Positions 1-7,943 are shown, counted from the stretch's first letter. The stretch: 64,000 nt of DNA from an uncultured Desulfobacterales bacterium (GCA_938048455.1 CALIUY010000016.1:14796-78795), one strand, 5' to 3'. The notes: generated by a model not told the origin, from the letters alone. Made by a program: numbers and translations.

Positions 1-543
1 ACCGAGAAGCCCGTAAAGCAGCAGAAGCGCCACCTCGTTCACCATCGGAGCGGCGATCAGAAACGAAAAGGTGACGCCCAGCGGAATGCCCGCGGTGACG
101 AAGCCGATGAACAGCGGAATCGCCGAGCAGGAGCAGAAGGGCGTGGCGACCCCGAGCAGGGCGGCGAGCACATTCCCCACGGCCTCCCGCCGGCCGGCGA
201 GGATGCGGCGCGTGCGTTCGGCGGTGAAGTAGGTGTTCAGAATGCCCACGGCGAAGACGACGACCGTCAGCAGCATCAACACCTTCGGCGTGTCGTACAA
301 GAAGAACTCGACCGCCGCGGCGAAATGCGAGCCGGCCTCCAGGCCGAACACATCGTATGTCAGGGCATGCGCCGCCTGGGGAAGCGCCCGGTAAACCGCC
401 CAACCGGCGCCGAGCACGACGAGGAACAGCGTCGCCTCCCAAAGTCGGATCTTCCGCGAGGCGGCGCCGCCCGTCGGCGCCGCAGGCTTGGCGGTCGCTC
501 CGCAGCAGGAGGAGGAAAACTCGGAGATCGGTTTCAACGACAT
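1..543 (-). CDS. COG0701/ArsP-type permease, N-terminal part (gene runs off the left edge)
   Basis: Absent from the ORF track because there is no stop in the window. Reverse-strand ATG at 543 is preceded by AAGGAG. Translation MSLKPISEFSSSCCG...TPFCSCSAIPLFIGFVTAGIPLGVTFSFLIAAPMVNEVALLLL carries the TPFCSCS..PLF signature I associate with the PF03773 permease family. Paralogue of 28894-30309. Confidence 0.8.
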   Translation of the reverse strand, partial: MSLKPISEFSSSCCGATAKPAAPTGGAASRKIRLWEATLFLVVLGAGWAVYRALPQAAHALTYDVFGLEAGSHFAAAVEFFLYDTPKVLMLLTVVVFAVGILNTYFTAERTRRILAGRREAVGNVLAALLGVATPFCSCSAIPLFIGFVTAGIPLGVTFSFLIAAPMVNEVALLLLYGLLG

Positions 544-609
544 GGGGACTCCTTTACGGTTCGCTTCGGGGAGAGTTTGGGGCTTCCGGGTGCCGCGGGG
601 GGTCGTTGC

Positions 610-2052
610 TCAAGCGGAAGGCTTTTCCTTGCCCTCCCGGGGTTGACGCGATGCGGACGGCTGAAGGGCCTGCCGCAGGATTTCGATCGGGTGGCGGACG
701 GGATAGGAGAGAAGCTGCTCGAACTGCAGTCTGCAGCTCAGGCAATCGGTTACGATCGCCTGAGGATGGATCTCCCGAATGCGGCGCATCAAACGGTCGC
801 CGAGTGCGATCGAGGCCTCGTGAAAATCCTGTTTGAACCCCATCACGCCGGCCAGACCGCAGCAATGGAGGTTTCCCTCGAGAGCGGTCGGCTCCAGTTC
901 CGGTACCCGCCGCAGCAGCTCAAGGTAAGGCCGGCCGAACTGCTGCTCCCGCTGATGGCAGGGTGGATAGTAAAGGGCCTGCAACCGGAGCGGGGAAAAT
1001 CCCTGCGGTCCTTCGCCCTCCCGCTCACGCTGCAGAAGGTATTCGCCGACGTCGTAGACTTTCTCGGCGACGGCGATGCGCTGCAGGGGGTCGAGCCCCG
1101 AGAAATAGCCGTCGTCTTTCAGGATGTTTTTGAACATGGCGCGGTCGAAGACTTCCATCCCGCCCACGGGCCGCCCCCCCGCCCGGGCGCGCGCCGGCAC
1201 CTGGATAAAACGCGCGTCGGCCCCCACGCGCTGCTGATAGGCTTCGGAAAAATAAGCCCCCTCGGCGAGCAGCCCGCGCAGCATGAAGCTGCAGGTCGGG
1301 CAGGAGCAGAGAATGTCGTATCCCTCCTCCACCGCCGCGGAAAGGACGGCAAGGTTTTGGGCCGCGGCCCGCAGGGTGAACTCGCGGTCGCCCTCGAGGA
1401 AGGAAGGCATGCCGCAGCAAGAAAGCGGCGGGCAGAAAACGGTCAACCCCCAAGCCTGCAAAACCTCGACCGTGGAGCGAGCGACCTCCGGGAAAAGGTA
1501 GGTCGCCGTGCAGCCCGCAAAATAGACGACCCGCCTTCCTTCCGCAGCCTGCGGTTTTCGGTCAAGCCCGCGTTTCCGCACCCAGGCCAGGAAATTCTCC
1601 TTGGAGAAAGCGGGAAGCCGGCGCTCGGAATGGATCCCGAGCCACCGCTTCAGACGCTTTCCCATCCGCGGAGAGGAGAGCAGCCGGTCGGTCATTCGCG
1701 GGAAAGCGCCGCAGATTCTCCCGAGCCGAGCGACATCTTCAATCAGGCGCACGCGCGGGGGAAGCCCGTCGCGGGCGACGAAAGCGGTCTTGGCGCGGAT
1801 GATGTCCGCGCGGATGTTGGGGCAGGGGCAAAGCGCACAGAAATTGCACTTCTCGACCATGCCGCGCAGTTCATCGGAGGAGGGCTTACGGCCGGTCTCC
1901 ATTTCCCGATCATGGAGACGGTAAAGCTCGGGGAAAAAGAGACAGGCCTCGTCCAGAATCGGGCGGCAGCAGTCGCAATCGGCGCAGTCGCGGATAATCC
2001 TCCGCGCGATCTCTTCCGGCACGGCCGCTGGGGGGGAATCCTTCGCCTTCAT
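610..2052 (-). CDS. HdrD/GlpC-like Fe-S oxidoreductase with two CCG domains
   Basis: ORF 610..2277 trimmed to ATG 2052 (GAGGA 6 nt upstream; the longer N-terminus is S/G/R-rich). Two ferredoxin-type Cys clusters (CADCDCCRP, CNFCALCPCP) are followed by two CCG motifs (LSCCGMP, LHCCGLAG). Confidence 0.85.
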   Translation of the reverse strand: MKAKDSPPAAVPEEIARRIIRDCADCDCCRPILDEACLFFPELYRLHDREMETGRKPSSDELRGMVEKCNFCALCPCPNIRADIIRAKTAFVARDGLPPRVRLIEDVARLGRICGAFPRMTDRLLSSPRMGKRLKRWLGIHSERRLPAFSKENFLAWVRKRGLDRKPQAAEGRRVVYFAGCTATYLFPEVARSTVEVLQAWGLTVFCPPLSCCGMPSFLEGDREFTLRAAAQNLAVLSAAVEEGYDILCSCPTCSFMLRGLLAEGAYFSEAYQQRVGADARFIQVPARARAGGRPVGGMEVFDRAMFKNILKDDGYFSGLDPLQRIAVAEKVYDVGEYLLQREREGEGPQGFSPLRLQALYYPPCHQREQQFGRPYLELLRRVPELEPTALEGNLHCCGLAGVMGFKQDFHEASIALGDRLMRRIREIHPQAIVTDCLSCRLQFEQLLSYPVRHPIEILRQALQPSASRQPREGKEKPSA

Positions 2053-2059
2053 GATATCC

Positions 2060-2371
2060 TCAGGTTTCGGGCCGCCGGGGATGCACGAAAAGCCGCCAGC
2101 AGCCGTAATCTCCCATGTACACGGGAAGAATCCCCCCCTCCGGTGGGATCTCCTCGAGAAGCCGGCGCTCGATGAACAGCTCGATTCCGGCCGCTTGCAA
2201 CCGTTCGCAGGATCGATGGTCCAAGGGCTTGCCGATCCGACCGATCGGCCCATCGACTCCGTGTCATCAGCCGACAACGGTCTTGCCGGAGAAGACGCTC
2301 AGGATGCCTCCCCGGTCGGCGATGAACAGCTGCTGTTCTTTAGAAAGCTCGATGCTCCAGGATCGTTTCAC
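2060..2371 (-). CDS. Candidate selenoprotein with vicinal Sec-Sec (UU), possibly thioredoxin/ArsD-like fold
   Basis: The frame starts at GTG 2371 (GTGA overlap with the arsR stop) and ends at TGA 2060-2062. It contains two consecutive in-frame TGA codons at 2264-2269 (codons 35-36). Translation: MKRSWSIELSKEQQLFIADRGGILSVFSGKTVVG-U-U-HGVDGPIGRIGKPLDHRSCERLQAAGIELFIERRLLEEIPPEGGILPVYMGDYGCWRLFVHPRRPET. Protein-like composition continues in the same frame across the TGAs, and a hairpin at 2225-2251 follows. Alternative reading: a 34-aa peptide ended by a tandem stop. Confidence 0.5.
2225..2251 (-). promoter_or_regulatory. Candidate bacterial SECIS hairpin after the tandem UGA
   Basis: RNA GGGCCGAUC-GGUCG-GAUCGGC (7 bp, GU-containing 5-nt loop; a further GG/CC closure is possible). 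It starts 12 nt after the second UGA. Confidence 0.4.
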
Positions 2372-2787
2372 CGCCTCCCCCTTCCCCGGCCTGGCGCTTC
2401 GCCGGCCCGCAACGGGCGTTGTCGGACCGGGCCCGGGGCCGGCAGATCGCAACGGGCCTTCCGACGCCAAACCTCCGCCGACCTTTCGCGCCGCCCCGGA
2501 CTCGACGAAGCATCCTGCAGGCGGGCGCGGACGACGGAAAGCGCCTGCCTGACCGCAGGTGCGGCTTGCCGTCCGATTCGCCGGTAATACATCCAGCGGC
2601 CCCGTTTCTCCGCCGCCACCAGCCCCGCACGCCGCAGGATACCCATGTGCTGCGAGACCGTGGACGGCGCCAGCCCAAGCAGCTGCGCCACCTCGCACGC
2701 ACAGAGTTCTCCGTCCTCGAGAGCGAAAAGCACGCGCAGACGGTTTTCGTCGGCGAGCGCCCGAAGAAGATGGACGAGATCCCTCAT
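2368..2787 (-). CDS. arsR: ArsR/SmtB-family metalloregulator
   Basis: LRALADENRLRVLFAL..GELCACEVAQLLGLAPSTVSQHMGILRRAGLV is a winged HTH with a CxC site in the ELCxCE position. The last ~45 aa are R/P/G-rich and look unusual. Confidence 0.85.
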   Translation of the reverse strand: MRDLVHLLRALADENRLRVLFALEDGELCACEVAQLLGLAPSTVSQHMGILRRAGLVAAEKRGRWMYYRRIGRQAAPAVRQALSVVRARLQDASSSPGRRERSAEVWRRKARCDLPAPGPVRQRPLRAGEAPGRGRGRR

Positions 2788-2847
2788 CCCGTTATCCTGT
2801 CCGTTCCCGGCGGCGGAAGCAGGCTGACACCCCGAGGCCGGCTCCGC

Positions 2848-3942
2848 TCAGGGCTTGCAACTCAGGTAGCACACCCCCGCCGGCGTCTCGATCGCGTAAG
2901 GGAAATATTTCTTGCGGAAAGCAAGCGCCACGTTGACCAGGCTGATCAAGATCGGCACCTCGAGCAAGGGCCCGATGACGGTGGCAAAAGCCTGTCCGGA
3001 ATGGATGCCGAAGATGGCCACGGCCACCGCGATGGCCAGTTCGAAGTCGTTGCTGCCGGCGGTGAACGATACGGTGGTGGTCTGGGCGTAGTTCGACTTG
3101 ATTTTGTAGGCGATGAAAAAGGTCACAAACCACATCAGGAAGAAATAGATGGCCATCGGCAACGCGACGATCAACACATCGAGCGGCGTTTTGACGATCT
3201 TGTCGCCCTGGAGCGAAAACATGACGATGATGGTGAAGAGCAGGGCGACCAAGGTGATCGGCGAAATTTTGGGGATAAAGCGGGTTTCATACCATTCTCG
3301 GCCCTTGGCCTTGAGAAGCGAAAACCGGGTCACCACCCCCCCGATAAAGGGGATGCCCAGATAGATGAACACCGTCTTGGCGGCTTCGCCCATGGAGATG
3401 CTCACATCCAGACCCTTCACCAGCCCGAGCCAGTTCAGCCCGAGGGTGATGAAGAGATAAATCATCGGCGCGTAAAAAAGGACCTGAAAAACGGCGTTGA
3501 AGGCGACGAGCCCGACCGCCAGCTCGCGGTCGCCTTCCGCCAGTTCGTTCCAAACGATCACCATGGCGATGCAGCGGGCGAGGCCGACCAGGATGACTCC
3601 GATCATGTACTCCGGATGGTGGCGCAAGAAGAGAATCGCCAGCACGAACATCACCAGCGGCCCGATGACCCAATTCTGCAACAAGGAGATGACCAGCAGC
3701 CTTTTGTGCTGCAGCACCTTGCCCATCTCTTCGTATTTCACCTTTGCCAGCGGAGGATACATCATCAAAATCAGGCCGATGGCGATGGGAATCGAAGTGG
3801 CCCCGATTTGCATGCCGGATATGATCTGCGTGGCCGCCGGGAGGTAGTATCCCATCAGGATCCCCGTTGCCATGGCGAGGAAAATCCAAAGCGTAAGAAA
3901 GCGGTCCAGAAAGTTCAGGCGCTGGATATTCGTCGCTGCCAT
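2848..3942 (-). CDS. acr3: ACR3-family arsenite efflux transporter
   Basis: ORF 2848..3996 trimmed to ATG 3942 (AAGGAGG 6 nt upstream). [16 protein letters not shown]...[18 protein letters not shown] is typical of the Acr3/ArsB(ACR3) family. Polytopic membrane protein. Confidence 0.9.
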   Translation of the reverse strand: MAATNIQRLNFLDRFLTLWIFLAMATGILMGYYLPAATQIISGMQIGATSIPIAIGLILMMYPPLAKVKYEEMGKVLQHKRLLVISLLQNWVIGPLVMFVLAILFLRHHPEYMIGVILVGLARCIAMVIVWNELAEGDRELAVGLVAFNAVFQVLFYAPMIYLFITLGLNWLGLVKGLDVSISMGEAAKTVFIYLGIPFIGGVVTRFSLLKAKGREWYETRFIPKISPITLVALLFTIIVMFSLQGDKIVKTPLDVLIVALPMAIYFFLMWFVTFFIAYKIKSNYAQTTTVSFTAGSNDFELAIAVAVAIFGIHSGQAFATVIGPLLEVPILISLVNVALAFRKKYFPYAIETPAGVCYLSCKP

Positions 3943-3994
3943 CGCGGCCTCCTTTCCAACGCGCCCGCGCGGCTTTCGCACCGGCGCGATGAAC

Positions 3995-4014
3995 ATTTCG
4001 TCGGGGAACGAAAT
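3995..4014. promoter_or_regulatory. Inverted repeat ATTTCGT-N6-ACGAAAT, candidate ArsR operator
   Basis: Perfect 7-bp arms that overlap the -10 element and predicted start site of the acr3 promoter. Confidence 0.55.
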
Positions 4015-4040
4015 ATAGAGAAGCCGAAAAATTCTGTCAA
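4012..4040 (-). promoter_or_regulatory. Sigma70-type promoter of the acr3-arsR operon
   Basis: Reverse strand TTGACA-17 nt-TATATT, about 70 nt upstream of ATG 3942. Confidence 0.65.
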
Positions 4041-4131
4041 GCGCCGGCGACGCGGGAAAAAAGGCGACGAGGGGGGTGCAGAACTCGAACCGAACTGCCG
4101 AAGGATGCGGTGGCCGGCCCGCAAAAGCGCC

Positions 4132-5064
4132 TCAACGGCGCGAAATGCGGCGTTTGAGCCGCTCGATCGCCTCCGCCCAACCTCCTCGCCTCAGAATGCG
4201 GCGCAGGGCGGGCAGCCGCTCGCGGGCCGCCCGTTCGCCCGCGGCGATCAACTCCCGGACGGAGGCGAAGTCCGTCCAATGAAAATTTCCCAGATCGGGC
4301 TCGATGAGCACATCGCAGGCTCGGCGTCCGGCGGCGCGCAGGTGAAGCATCATGATTTCGGTGGCGCGTTCCAGGACATCGATCCCGTCGCGGAGAGCCC
4401 GGCCGGCCTCGAGGCGGGAGCCGACGTCGACCCCGACGACCGTTTCGGCGCCGAGTTCGCGGGCGACTCCTGCAGGCACCGCTTCGAGCAGCGCCCCGTC
4501 GGCCAGCAGCATCCCCTGATGGGCGACGGGCGGCATGAGGCCGGGAAGCGCGCTGCTCGCCATCACCGCGCGGTGGAGCGAACCCTCCCGCAGAATCACC
4601 CGACGCCCCGTGACCAGATCCACGGCGGTGGCGGCGAAGGGGATCCGCACACCGTCGAAGGTGAGATCCGGGATCAGGCCCGAGAGGCACTGCCGAACCT
4701 CGCGTTCGGAAAGAAGCGATCCCCGCAGCAGAGCGACGTTGAGCAGATATTCCTTGGCCGCGAAATCCCCGATGCGCTCGAGCACGCCCTCGCGGATTCC
4801 GGCCGCGGGACGGCTGGGCTTCAGCCGGCGGAGCACGCCGGATGCGGCACCGCCGGGGGCGAAGAGCCGCATCGCCGCCTGCTTCAGGGCGTCCGCATCG
4901 GGGCACAAGGCGTAGGCGGCGCCGATCACCGCGCCGATGCTGCTGCCCACGATCAGATCGGGGATCCGCCCCTCCTGCTGAAGGACGGCGAGCACGCCGA
5001 TGTGGGCAAGCCCCCGCGCCCCGCCTCCGCTCAGGGCCAGCCCGAAGCGCGGCATCACGGCCAT
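4132..5064 (-). CDS. Patatin-like phospholipase
   Basis: SGGGARG oxyanion motif, GSSIG (GxSxG) nucleophile elbow and a later DGA motif. Confidence 0.85.
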   Translation of the reverse strand: MAVMPRFGLALSGGGARGLAHIGVLAVLQQEGRIPDLIVGSSIGAVIGAAYALCPDADALKQAAMRLFAPGGAASGVLRRLKPSRPAAGIREGVLERIGDFAAKEYLLNVALLRGSLLSEREVRQCLSGLIPDLTFDGVRIPFAATAVDLVTGRRVILREGSLHRAVMASSALPGLMPPVAHQGMLLADGALLEAVPAGVARELGAETVVGVDVGSRLEAGRALRDGIDVLERATEIMMLHLRAAGRRACDVLIEPDLGNFHWTDFASVRELIAAGERAARERLPALRRILRRGGWAEAIERLKRRISRR

Positions 5065-5089
5065 GGCGTCACCCAGGGCGCCGGGGAGC

Positions 5090-6079
5090 TCAAGGAGAGC
5101 CTTTCGAAGGCGCCGCTCGATTGGCGCCGGATGGCACGCGCTGCATGCGCCGATAGAAAACGACCGCGGTCGCCATCTGAAAGACGAACGCCAGGGCTAC
5201 GGCAAACTGCGCCAGCTCCGGCAGGCTCAACGCCGCCACGGCCACGGCGATGGGGAGGTTTTTCATGCCCGAGGAAAAGGTGAGGGCGATGTTCTTCTCC
5301 GGGCTCAGAAAAGAACGCCCGATCGCCCAGGCGGCGACGAAAAGGATCGGAAAGACGAAGACCAGTGCGGCCGCCAGCGGGCCGAGCACGGCCAGGTTCG
5401 CGCGCAGCAAGGGTACGGATGTGTTCACGGCCATAAACATCAGGATCACCGCCGCCGCTCCCGAGAGGGCCGGCATCCAGGGAACCCACGGCGTCATGTC
5501 GCGCCTTCGCTCCAGGATTTCGCGCACCAGCAGTCCGACCACCAGCGGCACGAGCACGCTCTCCAACACGCCGGCGAAGAGCACCCCGACCTCCACCGCG
5601 AGATAGGCACCGGCGAAGAGTTGCATCAAGAGGGGGATGAGAAAGGGGGCGGCGATCATCGTTGCGGCGTTGATGACCGTGGCCAGCGGGACATCTCCCT
5701 TGAGCAGCCCCGTCCAGACGATGGCCATGCCCGCGCACGGCACCGCACCGATCAAGATCAAGCCGGCGGCCAAATCCGGGGCGTCCGCCAACCACAACAC
5801 GGACAAAACCCAGCAGATCAGGGGCGCGGCCGCAAAATTCAGGGCCAGGCCCAAGACGAAGGCCTTGGTTTCCTTCAGCGCGCGCCCGAGGCTGCGCAGC
5901 CGCAGGGAGAACCCCATGGCGCCGATCATGAGGAAAACCAGGGCGAAGGCGAAGCGACGGATGAAGCGGCCCGGGGCCGGACTCCATCCACCGCTTACGA
6001 GACCGAGCAAAAGCGCAGCAACGATCAACTGGGAATACCGCTCGCGCATGAAATCGACAAATTTTCCGCTCACCTCCAC
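5090..6079 (-). CDS. Bile acid:Na+ symporter (BASS/SBF-like) family transporter
   Basis: 329-aa polytopic protein. IGAVPCAGMAIVWTGLLKGDVPLATVINA resembles the SBF-family core. Confidence 0.7.
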   Translation of the reverse strand: MEVSGKFVDFMRERYSQLIVAALLLGLVSGGWSPAPGRFIRRFAFALVFLMIGAMGFSLRLRSLGRALKETKAFVLGLALNFAAAPLICWVLSVLWLADAPDLAAGLILIGAVPCAGMAIVWTGLLKGDVPLATVINAATMIAAPFLIPLLMQLFAGAYLAVEVGVLFAGVLESVLVPLVVGLLVREILERRRDMTPWVPWMPALSGAAAVILMFMAVNTSVPLLRANLAVLGPLAAALVFVFPILFVAAWAIGRSFLSPEKNIALTFSSGMKNLPIAVAVAALSLPELAQFAVALAFVFQMATAVVFYRRMQRVPSGANRAAPSKGSP

Positions 6080-6198
6080 TCCTCCCTACTTTCCGCCGAT
6101 GGAGTTTTCCGAAATCCGGTCGCCGTTGCGGACCCGGTGGACGCAATCGCCGAGCGCGTCGCCCACAGGGCTCCGGCGAGGTTTCCCTCTGAACGCCT

Positions 6199-7353
6199 TC
6201 AAGGATTCCCTGGCTCCCTCTGCTCCTCGCCGACCGGGGGGCGGCAGAGCGGCTGCGGGGTCCCCTGTCCCGCGCGGGTGAAGACGATCTGCCAGAGTTG
6301 AATCGCCCGCGCCCGGAAAGCCCCGGCGCAGGAAAGGAGGTAGTAGTCCCACATCCGCTTGAAACGCGCACCGTATTTCGGCTGCAGCTCCGGCCAGGCT
6401 TCCTCGAAGCGACGCTGCCAAGCCGTCAGCGTCCGATCGTAGTGAGGCCCCAGGTTGTGGACATCCTCGACGACGAAAAGACCCTCGGCAGCGCGCGAGA
6501 TCTGCGCCAGCGAGGGCAGCATGCCGTTCGGAAAGATATAGCGCGTGATCCAAGGATCGCAGCCCCGACGCGATTCGTTCGCTCCGATGCTCTGGAGCAG
6601 GAAGACGCCGTCCGCGGCGAGGAGGGAGGCGACTTTTTGCATGAAGCGGCGGTAGTTTTGGGAACCGACGTGCTCGAACATGCCCACGGAGACGATCTTG
6701 TCGTAGACACCGTCGATCTCACGGTAATCGGCTTCGACCGCCTCGATCGGAAGTCCGCGGCAAAACTCCCGGACATGGGCGAGCTGACCGCGGGAGAGGT
6801 TGACGGCCGTAACGCGGCAACCCCTGCGTTCGGCCGCATAACGGGCGAAGCCCCCCCAGCCGCAGCCGATGTCCAGCAGACGGTCGGTGGCTTTCAGCCC
6901 GATCTTGCGGCAGATGAGCTCCAGCTTCCGTCTCTGGGCCTGCTCCAAATCGTCGCCGTCGCCGAAGAACGCGCAGCTGTACTGGTTGTAGGAATCGAGA
7001 AAAGAAAGAAAGAGATCGTTTCCCAACTCGTAGTGATGGTCGACGACGCGTCGGGCCCGGGCGCGCGACTGGAGATTGAGCACGAGCGCGGGCAGGGATC
7101 GCAGGAGAAGGCCGAAGCCTCCGCGCACGCGGCCCTCGATCCCGCTCCGCAGGAGGTGATCGAAGAACTCGTCCAGCCGCGGGCAGTCCCACCAGCCGTC
7201 CATGTAAGATTCGCCGAGACCGAGATTCTTCTCGGCGATCACCCGGCCGTAGAAGCGCGGGTCGTGGACCTCGAGATCCCAGGGTCGCCCCCCGCCTATC
7301 GTCACCCCGGCCGCGGCGAGAAGCGCGGTGACCAGCCGCTCATCATGGCGCAT
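6199..7353 (-). CDS. cfa: Cyclopropane-fatty-acyl-phospholipid synthase
   Basis: CMAS-family pattern: HYELGNDLFLSFLD, SAM-binding LLDIGCGWGGFARYAA, YDKIVSVGMFEHVG, C-terminal WDYYLLSCAGAFRAR. Confidence 0.9.
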   Translation of the reverse strand: MRHDERLVTALLAAAGVTIGGGRPWDLEVHDPRFYGRVIAEKNLGLGESYMDGWWDCPRLDEFFDHLLRSGIEGRVRGGFGLLLRSLPALVLNLQSRARARRVVDHHYELGNDLFLSFLDSYNQYSCAFFGDGDDLEQAQRRKLELICRKIGLKATDRLLDIGCGWGGFARYAAERRGCRVTAVNLSRGQLAHVREFCRGLPIEAVEADYREIDGVYDKIVSVGMFEHVGSQNYRRFMQKVASLLAADGVFLLQSIGANESRRGCDPWITRYIFPNGMLPSLAQISRAAEGLFVVEDVHNLGPHYDRTLTAWQRRFEEAWPELQPKYGARFKRMWDYYLLSCAGAFRARAIQLWQIVFTRAGQGTPQPLCRPPVGEEQREPGNP

Positions 7354-7493
7354 CGCCGTTTACCCCACACCGGTGTCGCCCACCCGAAGAGCCTCCGATG
7401 CAACCGGGCGAAGATTGTTCACCCCGGATTCCGAAGCCGCCGATCTCCTCGTTGATATCCTCATTCGGCTCAGGCGAAGCGGTTCGCGCTTGG

Positions 7494-7584
7494 GGAGGCC
7501 TCGCAGCGCTCCTCGAACGGCGCTCTCCCCGCCAAGGGGCCGGCGCCGGGACGAGCGACTTTCTCCGGACAGCGCGAGGCCTCC
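7494..7584. repeat. 11-bp inverted repeat GGAGGCCTCGC / GCGAGGCCTCC separated by 69 nt
   Basis: Arms at 7494-7504 and 7574-7584, in the spacer between the SelW-like stop and the cfa start. Confidence 0.5.
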
Positions 7585-7606
7585 TCCGTGGAGCTTCGCC
7601 GCCCGT

Positions 7607-7909
7607 TTAGGCCATGGGGAAAAACCCCCGCTTCTCCAGCTTCCTTCCGGGAAGGAGCCGGGCGTGAGGAAGGATCTTCAGCAGAACCTCTTCGTCCATC
7701 GGCAGCCGGCGGCATGACCCCTGGTTGCTGAAAATCACCTCGTCTTCGAGGCTCACCTCGAAGATCCCGTTGTGTCCGTCCACGAGTTCGGCCCGGAGAC
7801 CGAAGAAGGCTTCGATGGCTGCAGCCAGACTGACCGCACGTTCACGAAAGCCTCACTCCAAGCAGTAGACAATGCGGATGCGGGGCTTACCGCCCGTCTG
7901 CGATTCCAT
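7607..7909 (-). CDS. SelW/SelT/SelH (Rdx) family selenoprotein, CxxU
   Basis: Missed by the ORF track because of an in-frame TGA at 7853-7855 (codon 19). ATG 7909 has AAGGAG 8 nt upstream; TAA is at 7607-7609. Translation: MESQTGGKPRIRIVYCLE-U-GFRERAVSLAAAIEAFFGLRAELVDGHNGIFEVSLEDEVIFSNQGSCRRLPMDEEVLLKILPHARLLPGRKLEKRGFFPMA. This fits the Rdx pattern I.YCxx(C/U)..RA...L....G..G.FEV...ifS....R.P...E. Confidence 0.8.
7808..7852 (-). promoter_or_regulatory. Candidate bacterial SECIS element of the SelW-like gene
   Basis: Immediately after the UGA: lower stem GGCUUUCG/CGAAGCC, enclosing the upper hairpin GCGGUC-AGUCU-GGCUGC (7821-7837, GU in the loop). Confidence 0.45.
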
Positions 7910-7943
7910 AGGTCGTTCTCCTTTCCGAAGAAGATTTTGGATT

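Noticed and set aside
2053-2277. N-terminal extension of the HdrD-like ORF (start at 2277, MSADDTESMGRSVGSASPW...).
   Set aside because: The extension is S/G/C/R-rich and overlaps the better-looking frame of the UU candidate. ATG 2052 has a GAGGA Shine-Dalgarno sequence, and the conserved Fe-S domain begins right after it.
2372-2500. The R/P/G-rich C-terminal ~45 aa of ArsR looked like a frameshift or a mis-called tail hiding another gene.
   Set aside because: None of the three frames looks more protein-like in this stretch, and there is no earlier stop in the arsR frame. I cannot resolve this without homologues, so the ORF is kept as given.
2419-5283. Very long ORFs in the track (2419..5283 +, 19576..22680 +, 55653..59519 +, 45301..47652 -, 36843..38918 -, 42427..43623 -, 8657..9919 - and similar).
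   Set aside because: They lie antisense to, or out of frame with, genes that have clear family motifs. Their translations are R/G/P/A-rich low-complexity strings with no motifs. This is the usual shadow-ORF artefact of a high-GC genome with few stop codons.
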